Shown in pieces: positions 49,360-60,084 of a stretch of 64,000 nucleotides of DNA. The notes under the pieces were generated by a model that was given only the letters and a program-made list of their open reading frames with translations, was not told the origin of the DNA and made no database searches. Origin of the DNA: Negativicutes bacterium (lineage in GTDB: Bacteria > Bacillota > Negativicutes > UBA1444); assembly GCA_963665275.2 (NCBI GenBank), contig CAXXIN010000007.1:64001-128000 (forward strand), in the 5' to 3' direction. Within the stretch, counting starts at the first letter, position 1. Every line of letters begins with the position of its first letter. Position numbers and translations under genes: made by a program.

Positions 49360-51414
49360 TTAAGCCTTGGAGTACCGGCGCCTGAACAGTTCCCCGCTAT
49401 CAGTAATTCGTGTTCCCTGTCGACCGACTCCACTTTCCAGGAACCCGGCATTTGTCAATTTGGCGATCCGGCTGCGCAAGGCCTGTTCGGTGATCGCAGG
49501 ATGCTGCAATTGCAGATGATCGCATAGGCTTGAGCGGCCTATGCGTATTTTTTTTTGACCAGCTTCCGCGAAAACATTCAATATACTGATGTATAAGGTA
49601 ATATCCTCTGGTTGCAAGTCGATCGGGAATACGGCCGAACTCGCACGGCGATTATGGATTCGGCTAAAAACAGCTTTTTTGAATGCTGAGGGACTGTCGC
49701 TGATCACACCCGCATACTGAATAACATTGGATAACTCTCTGATGTTTCCCGGCCAGGAGTAGCGCCGCAAACAATCCAGCAATTCACTATCAATGCAGTT
49801 CCGGACTATATGGTATTCCTGCATAATGCTTTCCAGCAGAGCCGGGATATCTTCAGGACGGTCACGCAGCGGCGGTATATATAACGGAGCAACAAAAAGG
49901 CGATAAAACAAGTCTTGACGAAATTGGCCCTTTTCCACCATATCCTGCAAATCCTTATTGGTCGCCGCAATGATTCGAATATTGACGGGAATTACCCGCC
50001 CGCCACCGATCCGCATGAGCGCTCTTTCCTGAATGACTCGCAATAGCTTAGTCTGCGCCTCCAATGTGATATCGCCGATTTCATCCAGAAAAAGGGTTCC
50101 TTTGTCCGCCTGCTCAATCAGGCCCGACTTTCCCCCTTTTTTGGCTCCAGTAAATGCGCCATCCTCATAGCCGAACAATTCGCTTTCCAATAGCGTGGGA
50201 GACAATGCTGCGCAATTGACGGCGATAAACGGACCGCTTGCGCGCGGGGAATCGCTGTGGATCGAATGCGCAAACAGTTCTTTTCCCGTACCGTTCTCGC
50301 CATGAATCAGCACATTGAGATCACTGCCGGCTAGTTTGGCGGCAACGCCAATCACTTCTTTAATTGTTGACGAATCCCCTACAATGTGGTCAAAAGTATA
50401 TTGCGCGACGTAACCCCGCTTGCGCAGCGCCTGCCTCACTTCGGTTTCCATGCGCAGCACTTCCGTAACATTCCGCAGAGTGACAATCGCACTGATCTGC
50501 TGTCCTTCTACGTCTTCCAATGTCTGTATATCAACGTGGTAAGCCTGCTCCGCGATGGTAACGACACTTTTGTCCGGCTGCCACTCATATTCAAAAGATA
50601 TTGCCTCCTGCAACTCGGGGATGAGTTGTTGGAGCGGCTGTCCAATAACCTGACTCGACTGAAGCCCAAGGAATGCCTGGGCGGTATCATTGAGAAACCG
50701 GATGATAAAATCGGCATCAACAACGATCAAACAATCTGTTACGTTATTCAACACCACGCTCAACTGGCGATTGAGCAAATCGATGGATTTTGCGGATTTC
50801 AACATTCGTTGGCTGCGGTGGACAATTTCCTGCAAATACTGAATACTGATGGGAATATTCGTCTTCAGCGGCTCATTCAATTCATGAGCCAGTGCAACCA
50901 AGCTGGACAGTTCAATTTCGCGCACACCCAAATCGATGACTTTCGTCGCCCACGCGGGTATTTGTTCCGGTTCATCAAAAAGCAGGATCGTCGTAATGGA
51001 TGCACAGAGGTCATAATCATCGGTCAAAAACGAATGGATGGAAAAATGGGAAAATCCGATTTCTCCGAGTGTTTCCAATGCCTCCGTCGTGCCAATGGCA
51101 GTCTTCGTAACAAGCAGTGTCTTGCAACCCGCCGGCAACTCTACCAATTGATCAATAACGTCCAGTCGCAACGTGCGGTTTGCAATAAGCAGCGGAACCG
51201 TCGGATGGATAAAAGGGCTTAGCACTTCTCGCACAGCATTACAGGAAAGGAGCGCCAAATCAGCCATAATGGGAGAGCGTGGATTGTGGCGCAACTCATC
51301 GAACCAGTAGGGAGTTACCTCGATCGCATCGTTTGAAAACACCTGCCGGATCTGTTCTGCCATCACCTGACTGGACTTCTTTCCCGTTGCCAAAACCGCA
51401 ATGGATTTTTGCAT
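49360..51414 (-). CDS. Sigma54-dependent transcriptional activator (PAS + AAA+)
   Basis: GENGTGKE, ESELFGY..GAFTGA, LFLDEIG, RIIAATN, FRQDLFYRL and WPGNIREL; PAS-like segment; start at ATG 51414. Confidence 0.92.
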   Translation of the reverse strand: MQKSIAVLATGKKSSQVMAEQIRQVFSNDAIEVTPYWFDELRHNPRSPIMADLALLSCNAVREVLSPFIHPTVPLLIANRTLRLDVIDQLVELPAGCKTLLVTKTAIGTTEALETLGEIGFSHFSIHSFLTDDYDLCASITTILLFDEPEQIPAWATKVIDLGVREIELSSLVALAHELNEPLKTNIPISIQYLQEIVHRSQRMLKSAKSIDLLNRQLSVVLNNVTDCLIVVDADFIIRFLNDTAQAFLGLQSSQVIGQPLQQLIPELQEAISFEYEWQPDKSVVTIAEQAYHVDIQTLEDVEGQQISAIVTLRNVTEVLRMETEVRQALRKRGYVAQYTFDHIVGDSSTIKEVIGVAAKLAGSDLNVLIHGENGTGKELFAHSIHSDSPRASGPFIAVNCAALSPTLLESELFGYEDGAFTGAKKGGKSGLIEQADKGTLFLDEIGDITLEAQTKLLRVIQERALMRIGGGRVIPVNIRIIAATNKDLQDMVEKGQFRQDLFYRLFVAPLYIPPLRDRPEDIPALLESIMQEYHIVRNCIDSELLDCLRRYSWPGNIRELSNVIQYAGVISDSPSAFKKAVFSRIHNRRASSAVFPIDLQPEDITLYISILNVFAEAGQKKIRIGRSSLCDHLQLQHPAITEQALRSRIAKLTNAGFLESGVGRQGTRITDSGELFRRRYSKA

Positions 51415-51684
51415 CTTACAGTTCCTCCCGCTTATCCATAGCTTATCGTTACCGGCTGATTGCATTTATCCTATCACTTTGCTGTCAAAAATCAAAGCTA
51501 ACAGGTTGGCAAACATACACAATCGCACTAAAAACCAACCCGTAAACAAACCAGTTAACGAACCACCAGTCTTTCTTTCGGCAAATTATTACATCGTCCG
51601 CGGTTCGCAACGAAATTCCTCAGAAGCCAAATACCGGCTTCTCCTGTTGCTCGAGTCCAGATAACACGCTCCCCACGATAGGGT

Positions 51685-51700
51685 TGGCATAGTATTTGCA
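51685..51700 (+). promoter_or_regulatory. Sigma54 (-24/-12) promoter
   Basis: TGGCAT-AGTAT-TTGCA, upstream of the M24 gene and divergent from the activator. Confidence 0.85.
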
Positions 51701-51712
51701 TTACCAAATAAT

Positions 51713-51784
51713 AAGCAGAGACGCTTTGAACCCAGAACTCTACTCCTTATACAGGAAAGAGACTCCGGTTTAAAGCGTCTTTTA
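51713..51784 (+). promoter_or_regulatory. Leader attenuator-like element after the sigma54 promoter
   Basis: AAGC-AGAGAC-GCTT hairpin overlaps the 14-bp stem AGACGCTTTGAACC/GGTTTAAAGCGTCT, followed by TTTA. Confidence 0.5.
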
Positions 51785-51825
51785 TATAGTACATCTGCGA
51801 TACACAAAAAAGGGAGGGATTGTCT

Positions 51826-52923
51826 ATGGACTCAGTATTCAAAGAACGGTACGAGAGAATTTTGAAAGGTATGCAACAGCAATGGGATGGCATCATTTTA
51901 TGGCCCTCGGCCAACCTCTTTTATTTCACCGGCTATGCGCCCAAACCGGACGAACGCCTGCAAATCGCCATCATTCCCGCATCAGGCAACCCCGTGTTCA
52001 TCGTGCCGAAACTGTATGCCAATCAGGCAAGACAAGACTGCTGGATTGCGGATCAACGCGACTGGCGCGATGGCGATGACCTGTACGCTTTGGTAGCGGA
52101 CATCATGGAAGAACTGGGCTTACGGCAGGGAAAATTGGCAATGGATGATACTATGGGCTTCATGCAGGCCGATCCTTTTCTCAAAGCCTGTCCCAAAGGC
52201 GTCATAGGACTGGCCAGCTCAGTATTCACGCCGTTGCGCAACATAAAAGATGCGGCTGAAATCAGCTTGATGAAACAGTCTGGAATTCTCAGCGACGAAG
52301 TCATGCCGCTCGCCCTCGCTGCTTGCGCCGAAGGAAAAACCGAATTGGAAATCAAGGATTTGGTGGAAGTGGAACTGAAAAAGCGCGGTATGGCCGGCCC
52401 CTTCAGCAATTTGATCGCTTCAGGCCCCAACAGCGCCAATCCCCATCATATCTCAGGCGGACGCATTCCCACTACCGGCGATATGGTCTTTTTGGATCTC
52501 GGCGGCGCTTACAAGAAATATTGGTCCGATATTACACGCACCGTTTGCATCGGCCGACCTTCGGATAAAATGCGCGAGGCCTACAAACAAGTGCAGGAAG
52601 CCCAGGCAATGGCCAAGGCGGCGGTCAGACCCGGCGTAGTGGCTGAAGACGTACATGCCATAGCATACAATCATTTGGCCAAGAAAGGCCTGGAAAAATA
52701 TTTCATTCACCGCACCGGGCATGGGATGGGGCTGGACGGTCATGAGCTGCCTTCCATCAACATCGGCAATAAAATGGTGCTGGAACCCGGGATGACTTTT
52801 TCCGTCGAACCGGGAGTCTATTTCCCCGGCGAATTCGGTATCCGCATCGAAGACAGTGTCGTTGTGACCGAAAGCGGCCATCAATCATTCAATCATTTTC
52901 AGCACGACTTAATCTGCTTATAA
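51826..52923 (+). CDS. M24-family (Xaa-Pro peptidase/creatinase fold) hydrolase
   Basis: NLFYFTGY, LRNIKD..EI, NPHH, DLGG..YWSDITRT, HRTGHGMG..HE, SVEPG and GIRIED. Confidence 0.9.
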   Translation: MDSVFKERYERILKGMQQQWDGIILWPSANLFYFTGYAPKPDERLQIAIIPASGNPVFIVPKLYANQARQDCWIADQRDWRDGDDLYALVADIMEELGLRQGKLAMDDTMGFMQADPFLKACPKGVIGLASSVFTPLRNIKDAAEISLMKQSGILSDEVMPLALAACAEGKTELEIKDLVEVELKKRGMAGPFSNLIASGPNSANPHHISGGRIPTTGDMVFLDLGGAYKKYWSDITRTVCIGRPSDKMREAYKQVQEAQAMAKAAVRPGVVAEDVHAIAYNHLAKKGLEKYFIHRTGHGMGLDGHELPSINIGNKMVLEPGMTFSVEPGVYFPGEFGIRIEDSVVVTESGHQSFNHFQHDLICL

Positions 52924-52942
52924 TTTTGAAGGAGGCGCCAAC

Positions 52943-54259
52943 ATGAAATTCATCACCAAATGGTTGGTTAACTTAGTAAGCCGATATCTACCGGACGATT
53001 ACATCCTGGCTTTGGGAATGACTTTGCTGGTATTTGGCGCAGCGCTATTCTGGACTCCTTCCAGCGCCCTCTCTCTAGTGGATTATTGGGGCAAAGGGGT
53101 GGTCAGCCTTTATGGATTTACGACACAAATCATTTTGATCCTGATCACGGGACACGTTTTGGCCAATACAAAACAGGTCAAGAAAATCTTGACGACCATC
53201 AGCGTCTGGCCCAAAACTCCGGAGCAGGCAGTCATGTTCACCGCCGCGATCTCCTACCTTTTATCCTTTCTTAACTGGGGCCTCGGCATGATCGGAGGGG
53301 CCATCTTGGCGCGAAAAGTGGCTACCAACAACCGCGGTACCCACTACCCCATACTCGTAGCCGCAGTGTACGGCGGCACACTTGCCCGCGGTTTTTCCGC
53401 TTCCATCCCTTTGGTTGTAGCTACACCGGGGCATTTCCTGGAGAAAGTGATGGGTGTCATTCCTGTCAGTCAGACCTTGTTTTCTCCACTCAACTGGTTC
53501 ATCGACATCGGCGTTGGAATCCTGTTGGTGCTGACCATGCGATACATGATGCCACCCACCAACGAAGTCATCGGCATTTCGGACAAATTGATCAAAGAAG
53601 ATGAAAAAGTGGAAGAAATACCGGAAATCCTGACTCCGGCCGACCGCTTCAACAACAACAGCATTGCCAGTTATGTCGTGGGAATTTTCGGGTTGGTTTA
53701 TGTCGCCAACTATTTTATGAAAGTTAAGACTTTTAACATCAATATTGACATTGTCATCATTTTCTTTCTAGTTTTGGGCTTCCTGCTGTTCGGCAACCCG
53801 ATGCGATATAAAACCGCATTCTACAATGGGGCCAAAAGTGTAGGCCCCGTATTGCTGCAATTCCCCATATATGCAGGCATGATGGGAATTATGCAACACT
53901 CCGGCCTTACGAACGTCATATCCCAATGGTTCATAAATTGCTCAACGCCCCATAGTTTTCCCTTGATGACTTTTTTAAGTTCTGGCCTGGTCAACATAGC
54001 AATCCCTTCCGGCGGCGGAATATGGGCTGTACAGGGGCCAATCATGATGAAAGCGGCTGAAAAACTGGGCGCCGATATGGGAACGACCTTAATCGCGTTT
54101 ACCTGGGGCGAAGCTTGGACGAATCAAATTCAACCGTTTTGGGCACTGCCAATATTGGCGGTTGCCGGGTTGGGAATCAAGGATATCATGGGCTACTGTG
54201 CAGGTTTCACCATCATTTCCGGCCTGTTCATCGGCATCGTATTAGCTATTGTCGGGTAA
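52943..54259 (+). CDS. Short-chain fatty acid transporter (AtoE/TIGR00366 family)
   Basis: RYLPD, LNWG, HYPILVA, LQFPIYAGMMG, PSGGG.WAVQGP and WTNQIQPFWALP. Confidence 0.88.
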   Translation: MKFITKWLVNLVSRYLPDDYILALGMTLLVFGAALFWTPSSALSLVDYWGKGVVSLYGFTTQIILILITGHVLANTKQVKKILTTISVWPKTPEQAVMFTAAISYLLSFLNWGLGMIGGAILARKVATNNRGTHYPILVAAVYGGTLARGFSASIPLVVATPGHFLEKVMGVIPVSQTLFSPLNWFIDIGVGILLVLTMRYMMPPTNEVIGISDKLIKEDEKVEEIPEILTPADRFNNNSIASYVVGIFGLVYVANYFMKVKTFNINIDIVIIFFLVLGFLLFGNPMRYKTAFYNGAKSVGPVLLQFPIYAGMMGIMQHSGLTNVISQWFINCSTPHSFPLMTFLSSGLVNIAIPSGGGIWAVQGPIMMKAAEKLGADMGTTLIAFTWGEAWTNQIQPFWALPILAVAGLGIKDIMGYCAGFTIISGLFIGIVLAIVG

Positions 54260-54269
54260 GGAGTAGAAA

Positions 54270-54313
54270 GACGCCTCCCGTCTTGAACCGTAGAGGTCCG
54301 GACGGGAGGCGTC
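54270..54313. terminator. Hairpin after the AtoE-like gene
   Basis: 13-bp arms GACGCCTCCCGTC/GACGGGAGGCGTC. Confidence 0.7.
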
Positions 54314-54413
54314 CGTTATTTGCAACAGCAGATACTTTCTTGGTCGAGAATGGTTAAATCTGGAATACTCGACCCGTCGAGTTTTGGCAATGTAATATTC
54401 AAATATTTGCTCC

Positions 54414-57400
54414 AAAATAAAAGTCGCGCCCGCATGGGGCGCGAAGTGATGGAACGTCCGGGCGCTTATGAAATAAGGAGTTTCAATCCACGCGCCCCGC
54501 ACGGGGCGCGACCTACGTGCCGATGTATGGATCTGTGGCCATCTTGGTTTCAATCCACGCGCCCATAGAAATTTTTGCTTCACGACCATTGTTTCAATCC
54601 ACGTGTCCGCATGGGGCGCGACAACGGAACGGAAGTCTATCATTTCCCAACCAGCGTTTCAATCCACGCGCCCGCATGGGGCGCGACGTTGATAACAGCA
54701 TCAGCATAGCGCCCTTGATCGTTTCAATCCACGCGCCCGCATGGGGCGCGACACCCTGCCAGCGCCAATGTCCCCGTCAGGACGCTTGTTTCAATCCACG
54801 CGCCCGCATGGGGCGCGACGTATTTGGCATGCCGGCTAGATTATGCCCGAAGTTTCAATCCACGCGCCCGCATGGGGCGCGACCTTTCGTTCCACTGTAA
54901 CGCGGCGAACAGCGAAGTTTCAATCCACGCGCCCGCATGGGGCGCGACTTTCTAACGGGGGCAGGGCGTAGATAACGCTGGGTTTCAATCCACGCGCCCG
55001 CATGGGGCGCGACCTCATTTTCGAGTTTTTGAGAATTTGCGTATTGGTTTCAATCCACGCGCCCGCATGGGGCGCGACTGCAGTCTCGGCTGCACGATCA
55101 TGGTTTGAATTGTTTCAATCCACGCGCCCGCATGGGGCGCGACGAGCTTTTTAGAGCAGATTTCACACCGCCGGAGTTTCAATCCACGCGCCCGCATGGG
55201 GCGCGACGCGGCGAGAACGGCATCTACGGTTGCCCAAAAGTTTCAATCCACGCGCCCGCATGGGGCGCGACGATTAGAAGTAAGAAAATTGCGATCCATT
55301 GCCGGTTTCAATCCACGCGCCCGCATGGGGCGCGACCTTCCCGTACTGACTTGCGCTGTAGCCGTTCAAGTTTCAATCCACGCGCCCGCATGGGGCGCGA
55401 CATACGATCCACGATGAACCAACCACCCGAAACACGTTTCAATCCACGCGCCCGCATGGGGCGCGACGCGAAAGGCTAGGCAAGACGGAAAAAGGCTATC
55501 GCGTTTCAATCCACGCGCCCGCATGGGGCGCGACCCATCGGATAGTCGCGAAAGGAACGATTGACGAGTTTCAATCCACGCGCCCGCATGGGGCGCGACG
55601 ATTAGAAGTAAGAAAATTGCGATCCATTGCCGGTTTCAATCCACGCGCCCGCATGGGGCGCGACGAAATCGCTCTTTGATTCGATCCTTCTCATGCTTGT
55701 TTCAATCCACGCGCCCGCATGGGGCGCGACAATCGCGGCTTGCGAGGCAAATCGTACTGCTAGTTTCAATCCACGCGCCCGCATGGGGCGCGACACTCTT
55801 TCTCGGCTTCTTTTTGGTCAAGCCCGAGGTTTCAATCCACGCGCCCGCATGGGGCGCGACAGCAGCAGGCGGTGGAAGATGCGAAGAAAGACCAGTTTCA
55901 ATCCACGCGCCCGCATGGGGCGCGACTTGCTGGGTGTGGATGAGCAGGAGATACCGACGTTTCAATCCACGCGCCCGCATGGGGCGCGACCAAAAAACAT
56001 CAAAGAGGTGGAGAGCCGGGGCGATGTTTCAATCCACGCGCCCGCATGGGGCGCGACCTAGTTTTGCGGCTTCGTAAATGTTCATTTTGTGTTTCAATCC
56101 ACGCGCCCGCATGGGGCGCGACGCGAATATGCGTCATGTTTGGATCCTTTACCAGTTTCAATCCACGCGCCCGCATGGGGCGCGACCGGAGGAAATCAGA
56201 AAGCTGCTGGGAGGAGGTGAGTTTCAATCCACGCGCCCGCATGGGGCGCGACGGTACTCGTTGATATACGGGATAGACCCAGACGTTTCAATCCACGCGC
56301 CCGCATGGGGCGCGACATGGAAAGACTGCGAATTGCGGGGGTGGAAACGGTTTCAATCCACGCGCCCGCATGGGGCGCGACCATGAGGAGGTATTTAAAA
56401 ATGCAATTGAGTAATGTTTCAATCCACGCGCCCGCATGGGGCGCGACTACGATTGTTGGCGAATTGCACATTACCCCCGAGGTTTCAATCCACGCGCCCG
56501 CATGGGGCGCGACACATACCGATAACCATGCAAACGAGGATGATGATGTTTCAATCCACGCGCCCGCATGGGGCGCGACGCCGGGGCAAAGTTACCGCCA
56601 AGCGTGTGACGAGTTTCAATCCACGCGCCCGCATGGGGCGCGACGAACCGTTGTTTCTACCGATTGTTCGAGTCGTTTGTTTCAATCCACGCGCCCGCAT
56701 GGGGCGCGACTGGTCGCTACGGCGATTCGTTTCAGGTCATTCAGTTTCAATCCACGCGCCCGCATGGGGCGCGACCAGGGTTGTATCGCAGCGATTGGCG
56801 CGAGAACAGTTTCAATCCACGCGCCCGCATGGGGCGCGACTGCCTTTTTTTGTGCGCTGTTTAGGGTTCCCCATGTTTCAATCCACGCGCCCGCATGGGG
56901 CGCGACTTGCAAGGCGGCGAATCTTTTGCACAACCGTATGTTTCAATCCACGCGCCCGCATGGGGCGCGACTTCAATAGCCGCCCTTGCATTAAAAACTT
57001 CGGGGTTTCAATCCACGCGCCCGCATGGGGCGCGACCTGACAGGTCTGACGGAGACATTCAAACTGTTGTTTCAATCCACGCGCCCGCATGGGGCGCGAC
57101 CCGCCGTTGGGGACCGTTGGCGTGGGCCACGATGTTTCAATCCACGCGCCCGCATGGGGCGCGACAACCGAAGGGCATATTTTGGCAGCGAGTGCATAGT
57201 TTCAATCCACGCGCCCGCATGGGGCGCGACGGGCGGTAGTGCTGGCCTGCCAGACCCCGCGCGTTTCAATCCACGCGCCCGCATGGGGCGCGACAATAAT
57301 CGATATCCTGATATTCGGCTTGGTATAGTTTCAATCCACGCGCCCGCATGGGGCGCGACTGTTGCAGGATCCGGGCTGATAAAGCTACACCCGTTTCAAT

Positions 57401-57884
57401 CCACGCGCCCGCATGGGGCGCGACTCTTTGACTTTGTTAATGAGAGGCCCCTCGATCGTGTTTCAATCCACGCGCCCGCATGGGGCGCGACGATCACCGC
57501 CGCGTCATCTTCCCATCCGTACATGTTTCAATCCACGCGCCCGCATGGGGCGCGACACCTTTTGTTTTTTGTATGAATATGCGGACTTGGTTTCAATCCA
57601 CGCGCCCGCATGGGGCGCGACTGATCAGAGAAACACTATTCAACTTTAAGGGCGTGTTTCAATCCACGCGCCCGCATGGGGCGCGACGCCAGAACGATTG
57701 AGGCGCAGATTATTGCCGAAACGTTTCAATCCACGCGCCCGCATGGGGCGCGACAAAATGTTCGACGTTCAGGTAAATGGCGGATTGTTTCAATCCACGC
57801 GCCCGCATGGGGCGCGACTGGGGTATGCCCAGCTTAAGGACCGACCCAACCGGTTTCAATCCACGCGCCCGCATGGGGCGCGAC
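54414..57884 (-). CRISPR. Type I-C-like CRISPR array: 54 repeat units (4 degenerate at the trailer), 53 spacers mostly 32-35 nt; repeat GTCGCGCCCCATGCGGGCGCGTGGATTGAAAC
   Basis: Directly visible 32-nt repeats ending ATTGAAAC on the minus strand; degenerate units at the left end, leader and cas2 at the right end; counted by hand. Confidence 0.98.
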
Positions 57885-58052
57885 AGTCTTTTTAGAACCA
57901 TAGAAAAATCATGCATTCCCACACATGATTTCGCGAACCCACTAAACCCAATCTTCCAAACTCTACGAAATTTCCTATTAACTTCCCGAATCCAGCTGTT
58001 TTCCAGCCGTGCGAACTTCCCCCCGGCAAAACTTGTTCGCTTGGAGTTCGCA
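57885..58052 (-). promoter_or_regulatory. CRISPR leader
   Basis: 168-nt non-coding region between the cas2 stop and the first repeat, with four GCGAAC/GTTCGC copies. Confidence 0.8.
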
Positions 58053-58343
58053 CTACATCAGCAACAAGCCTTCCGGGTCATAACCGCCCTTCGCGCCAGC
58101 ATGTTCCACGCGACTCTTCCAATTATTCCCCAGGAAATAATACCGCAGACTATCCGTCTCAGGATCAATGATACTCTCCAAACGATGCTTTAACTCCGCA
58201 AACTGAGTCGGATCTACCAAACATTCAAACACAGAGTTTTGCACTCGCTGCCCATAATTCACACATTGTTTGGCGACTTTGCGCAGCCGCGTCTTGCCAG
58301 TTTCCGTCGTCACGCTCACATCGTACGTGATCAACACCATCAT
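58053..58343 (-). CDS. cas2: CRISPR-associated endonuclease Cas2
   Basis: VLITYDV, RLRKVAKQC..YGQRVQNSVFEC and DSLRYY. Confidence 0.96.
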   Translation of the reverse strand: MMVLITYDVSVTTETGKTRLRKVAKQCVNYGQRVQNSVFECLVDPTQFAELKHRLESIIDPETDSLRYYFLGNNWKSRVEHAGAKGGYDPEGLLLM

Positions 58344-58352
58344 TTTATCACC

Positions 58353-59384
58353 TCATTTCCAGAAAAACGGCGGATAATCTTCCAGATCGCCACGCATATG
58401 TCGTGCCATTAACAAAGCCTGAGCATAGGGCACCAAGCCCAAAGGTATCTTTTCTTCCAGATATGGATGCGTGATTTCTTCCTGCTTGCGTTTTTGCCAA
58501 GCAGTTAAAACTTCTTTGCGCGTATCGTCTTCCATAATCACCGCCTCGTTCTCTTTAACGACGAAGCCTTTTCCCGAAATCTGCTTCCGATTGATTAGCG
58601 TCAGCGCCAACCTGTCGGCGAAATGCGGTCGCAATTCTTCCATGAGATCCAGCGCCAAACTCGAACGTCCCGGTCGATCACGATGCAAAAAACCCACCTG
58701 CGGGTCCAAGCCGACACTTTCCAGCGCCGCAGTCACTTCATGCGCCAGTAGCGTGTATAAAAACGACAACAACGCATTCACCGGATCAGTCGGCGGCCTA
58801 CGATTACGATTATTCAGGCAAAACGTTTCTTTTTGCGCCAATATCATTTGATTGAAATTTGCAAAATACGCCCCAGCAGCTTCTCCTTCGATTCCTCGAA
58901 TCACGTCGCCTGTATGCGCTTGCTCCAAACGAGGCATCATGCCTGCCATTAACTCCATCGCCCGTTCCACCGGAGCAGCCTCCACCACATCCGCATGATC
59001 CCGCAACGCCCGATGCAACAGCGCCCGGCTATTGAGAATTTTAGCCGCGATGAAACGACGGGACAGTCGGGTCGAGATTTTCACATCATCAGCCCAACGA
59101 TACTGGGTACGCCGCAGCAACACATTACCGGATACTTTTCCTGTCACACGTCCCATGAATTTACCGAACTCAGTCAAAAAAGAAATCGCAACGCCTCTAT
59201 CGCAGCACAGCTTCATAAGTTTTGGCGACGCACCAGAAAACCCGAAACAAACGATCCCTTCCAAATTATGAACCGGAACGCGAAATTTTACTTCATTCTG
59301 CAATTTGATTAGCACATTCTCGCCATCACAGGCAAGGTACGAATCCGGCAACGTAACATAAAGAGTGTTCAACAGGCGTCTCAA
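58353..59384 (-). CDS. cas1: CRISPR-associated endonuclease Cas1 (I-C type)
   Basis: LLNTLYVT, GNVLLRRTQY, RGIEG, RRPPTDPVNALLSFLY, GFLHRDRPGR.SLALDLMEE and YPPFFWK. Confidence 0.96.
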   Translation of the reverse strand: MRRLLNTLYVTLPDSYLACDGENVLIKLQNEVKFRVPVHNLEGIVCFGFSGASPKLMKLCCDRGVAISFLTEFGKFMGRVTGKVSGNVLLRRTQYRWADDVKISTRLSRRFIAAKILNSRALLHRALRDHADVVEAAPVERAMELMAGMMPRLEQAHTGDVIRGIEGEAAGAYFANFNQMILAQKETFCLNNRNRRPPTDPVNALLSFLYTLLAHEVTAALESVGLDPQVGFLHRDRPGRSSLALDLMEELRPHFADRLALTLINRKQISGKGFVVKENEAVIMEDDTRKEVLTAWQKRKQEEITHPYLEEKIPLGLVPYAQALLMARHMRGDLEDYPPFFWK

Positions 59385-60064
59385 TCACCCACCTCCACAC
59401 GACACATTCGAGCCAAATAGTTGCTCACAGACCGATGCTTCAACATCCATTGCGGCTGGCACTCCTCAACCAAAGAACATTGGGAACAGTGTTTTCCTTT
59501 GGGAGCTTTCGGCGTGATCCCGCTCCGCAGCAGCTCATGGATTCGCAGTGCCAATTCCGTAGTATGGCAGCGCAATTTTTCATCGATCGCCACGGCTTCG
59601 CGCCGCTTGATCTGTGCGTAAAACAGAAATCCTTCCGCAATCGACACACCCATCATTTCTTCCAATGCCATCGCCTGCGCGCAGAGCTGGACCGCATCCC
59701 GGTCATCCGATTTGGGTTTGCCCCGCTTGTATTCCACCGGAACCGGTCGCCACCACCCTTGCCGATCTTTTAGCCTGCACGTTACCCCCTCGATGGCAGC
59801 TTCACTTTGGTAAAATTCCACCACATCAGCTACACCCCGCAGGCCAAGCCGTTGGGATATGAGAGGCATGCTCCGCACAATCCGCAAACTTTTCCGACTC
59901 TCGTCAAAAAACGGATCGTCAGCGCGCTCGTGCAGGTGCTTTCCTTCCACCGTCCGCACATTCTCAGCCCATACCTGTTCCACATGAATGAGTGCCCACT
60001 GCCGCTCACAAAAGGCCATATGCTGGATTCCTGAAAGTAGCAACAGGTCGTCGTCAGCAAACAT
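59381..60064 (-). CDS. cas4: CRISPR-associated Cas4
   Basis: LSGIQHMAFCERQWALIH, GVADVVE, PVEYKRG, QLCAQ and CSQCSLVEEC. Confidence 0.95.
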   Translation of the reverse strand: MFADDDLLLLSGIQHMAFCERQWALIHVEQVWAENVRTVEGKHLHERADDPFFDESRKSLRIVRSMPLISQRLGLRGVADVVEFYQSEAAIEGVTCRLKDRQGWWRPVPVEYKRGKPKSDDRDAVQLCAQAMALEEMMGVSIAEGFLFYAQIKRREAVAIDEKLRCHTTELALRIHELLRSGITPKAPKGKHCSQCSLVEECQPQWMLKHRSVSNYLARMCRVEVGD

Positions 60065-60084
60065 TTTTTACATCCTTTTTATTG

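Noticed and set aside
54446-57852. Self-targeting spacers within the window
   Set aside because: None noticed by eye, but the check was not exhaustive and needs blastn
54242-57922. Many ORFs with repeating VSIHAPAWGAT / FQSTRPHGAR / FNPRARMGRD peptides
   Set aside because: These are translations of the CRISPR repeat, not proteins
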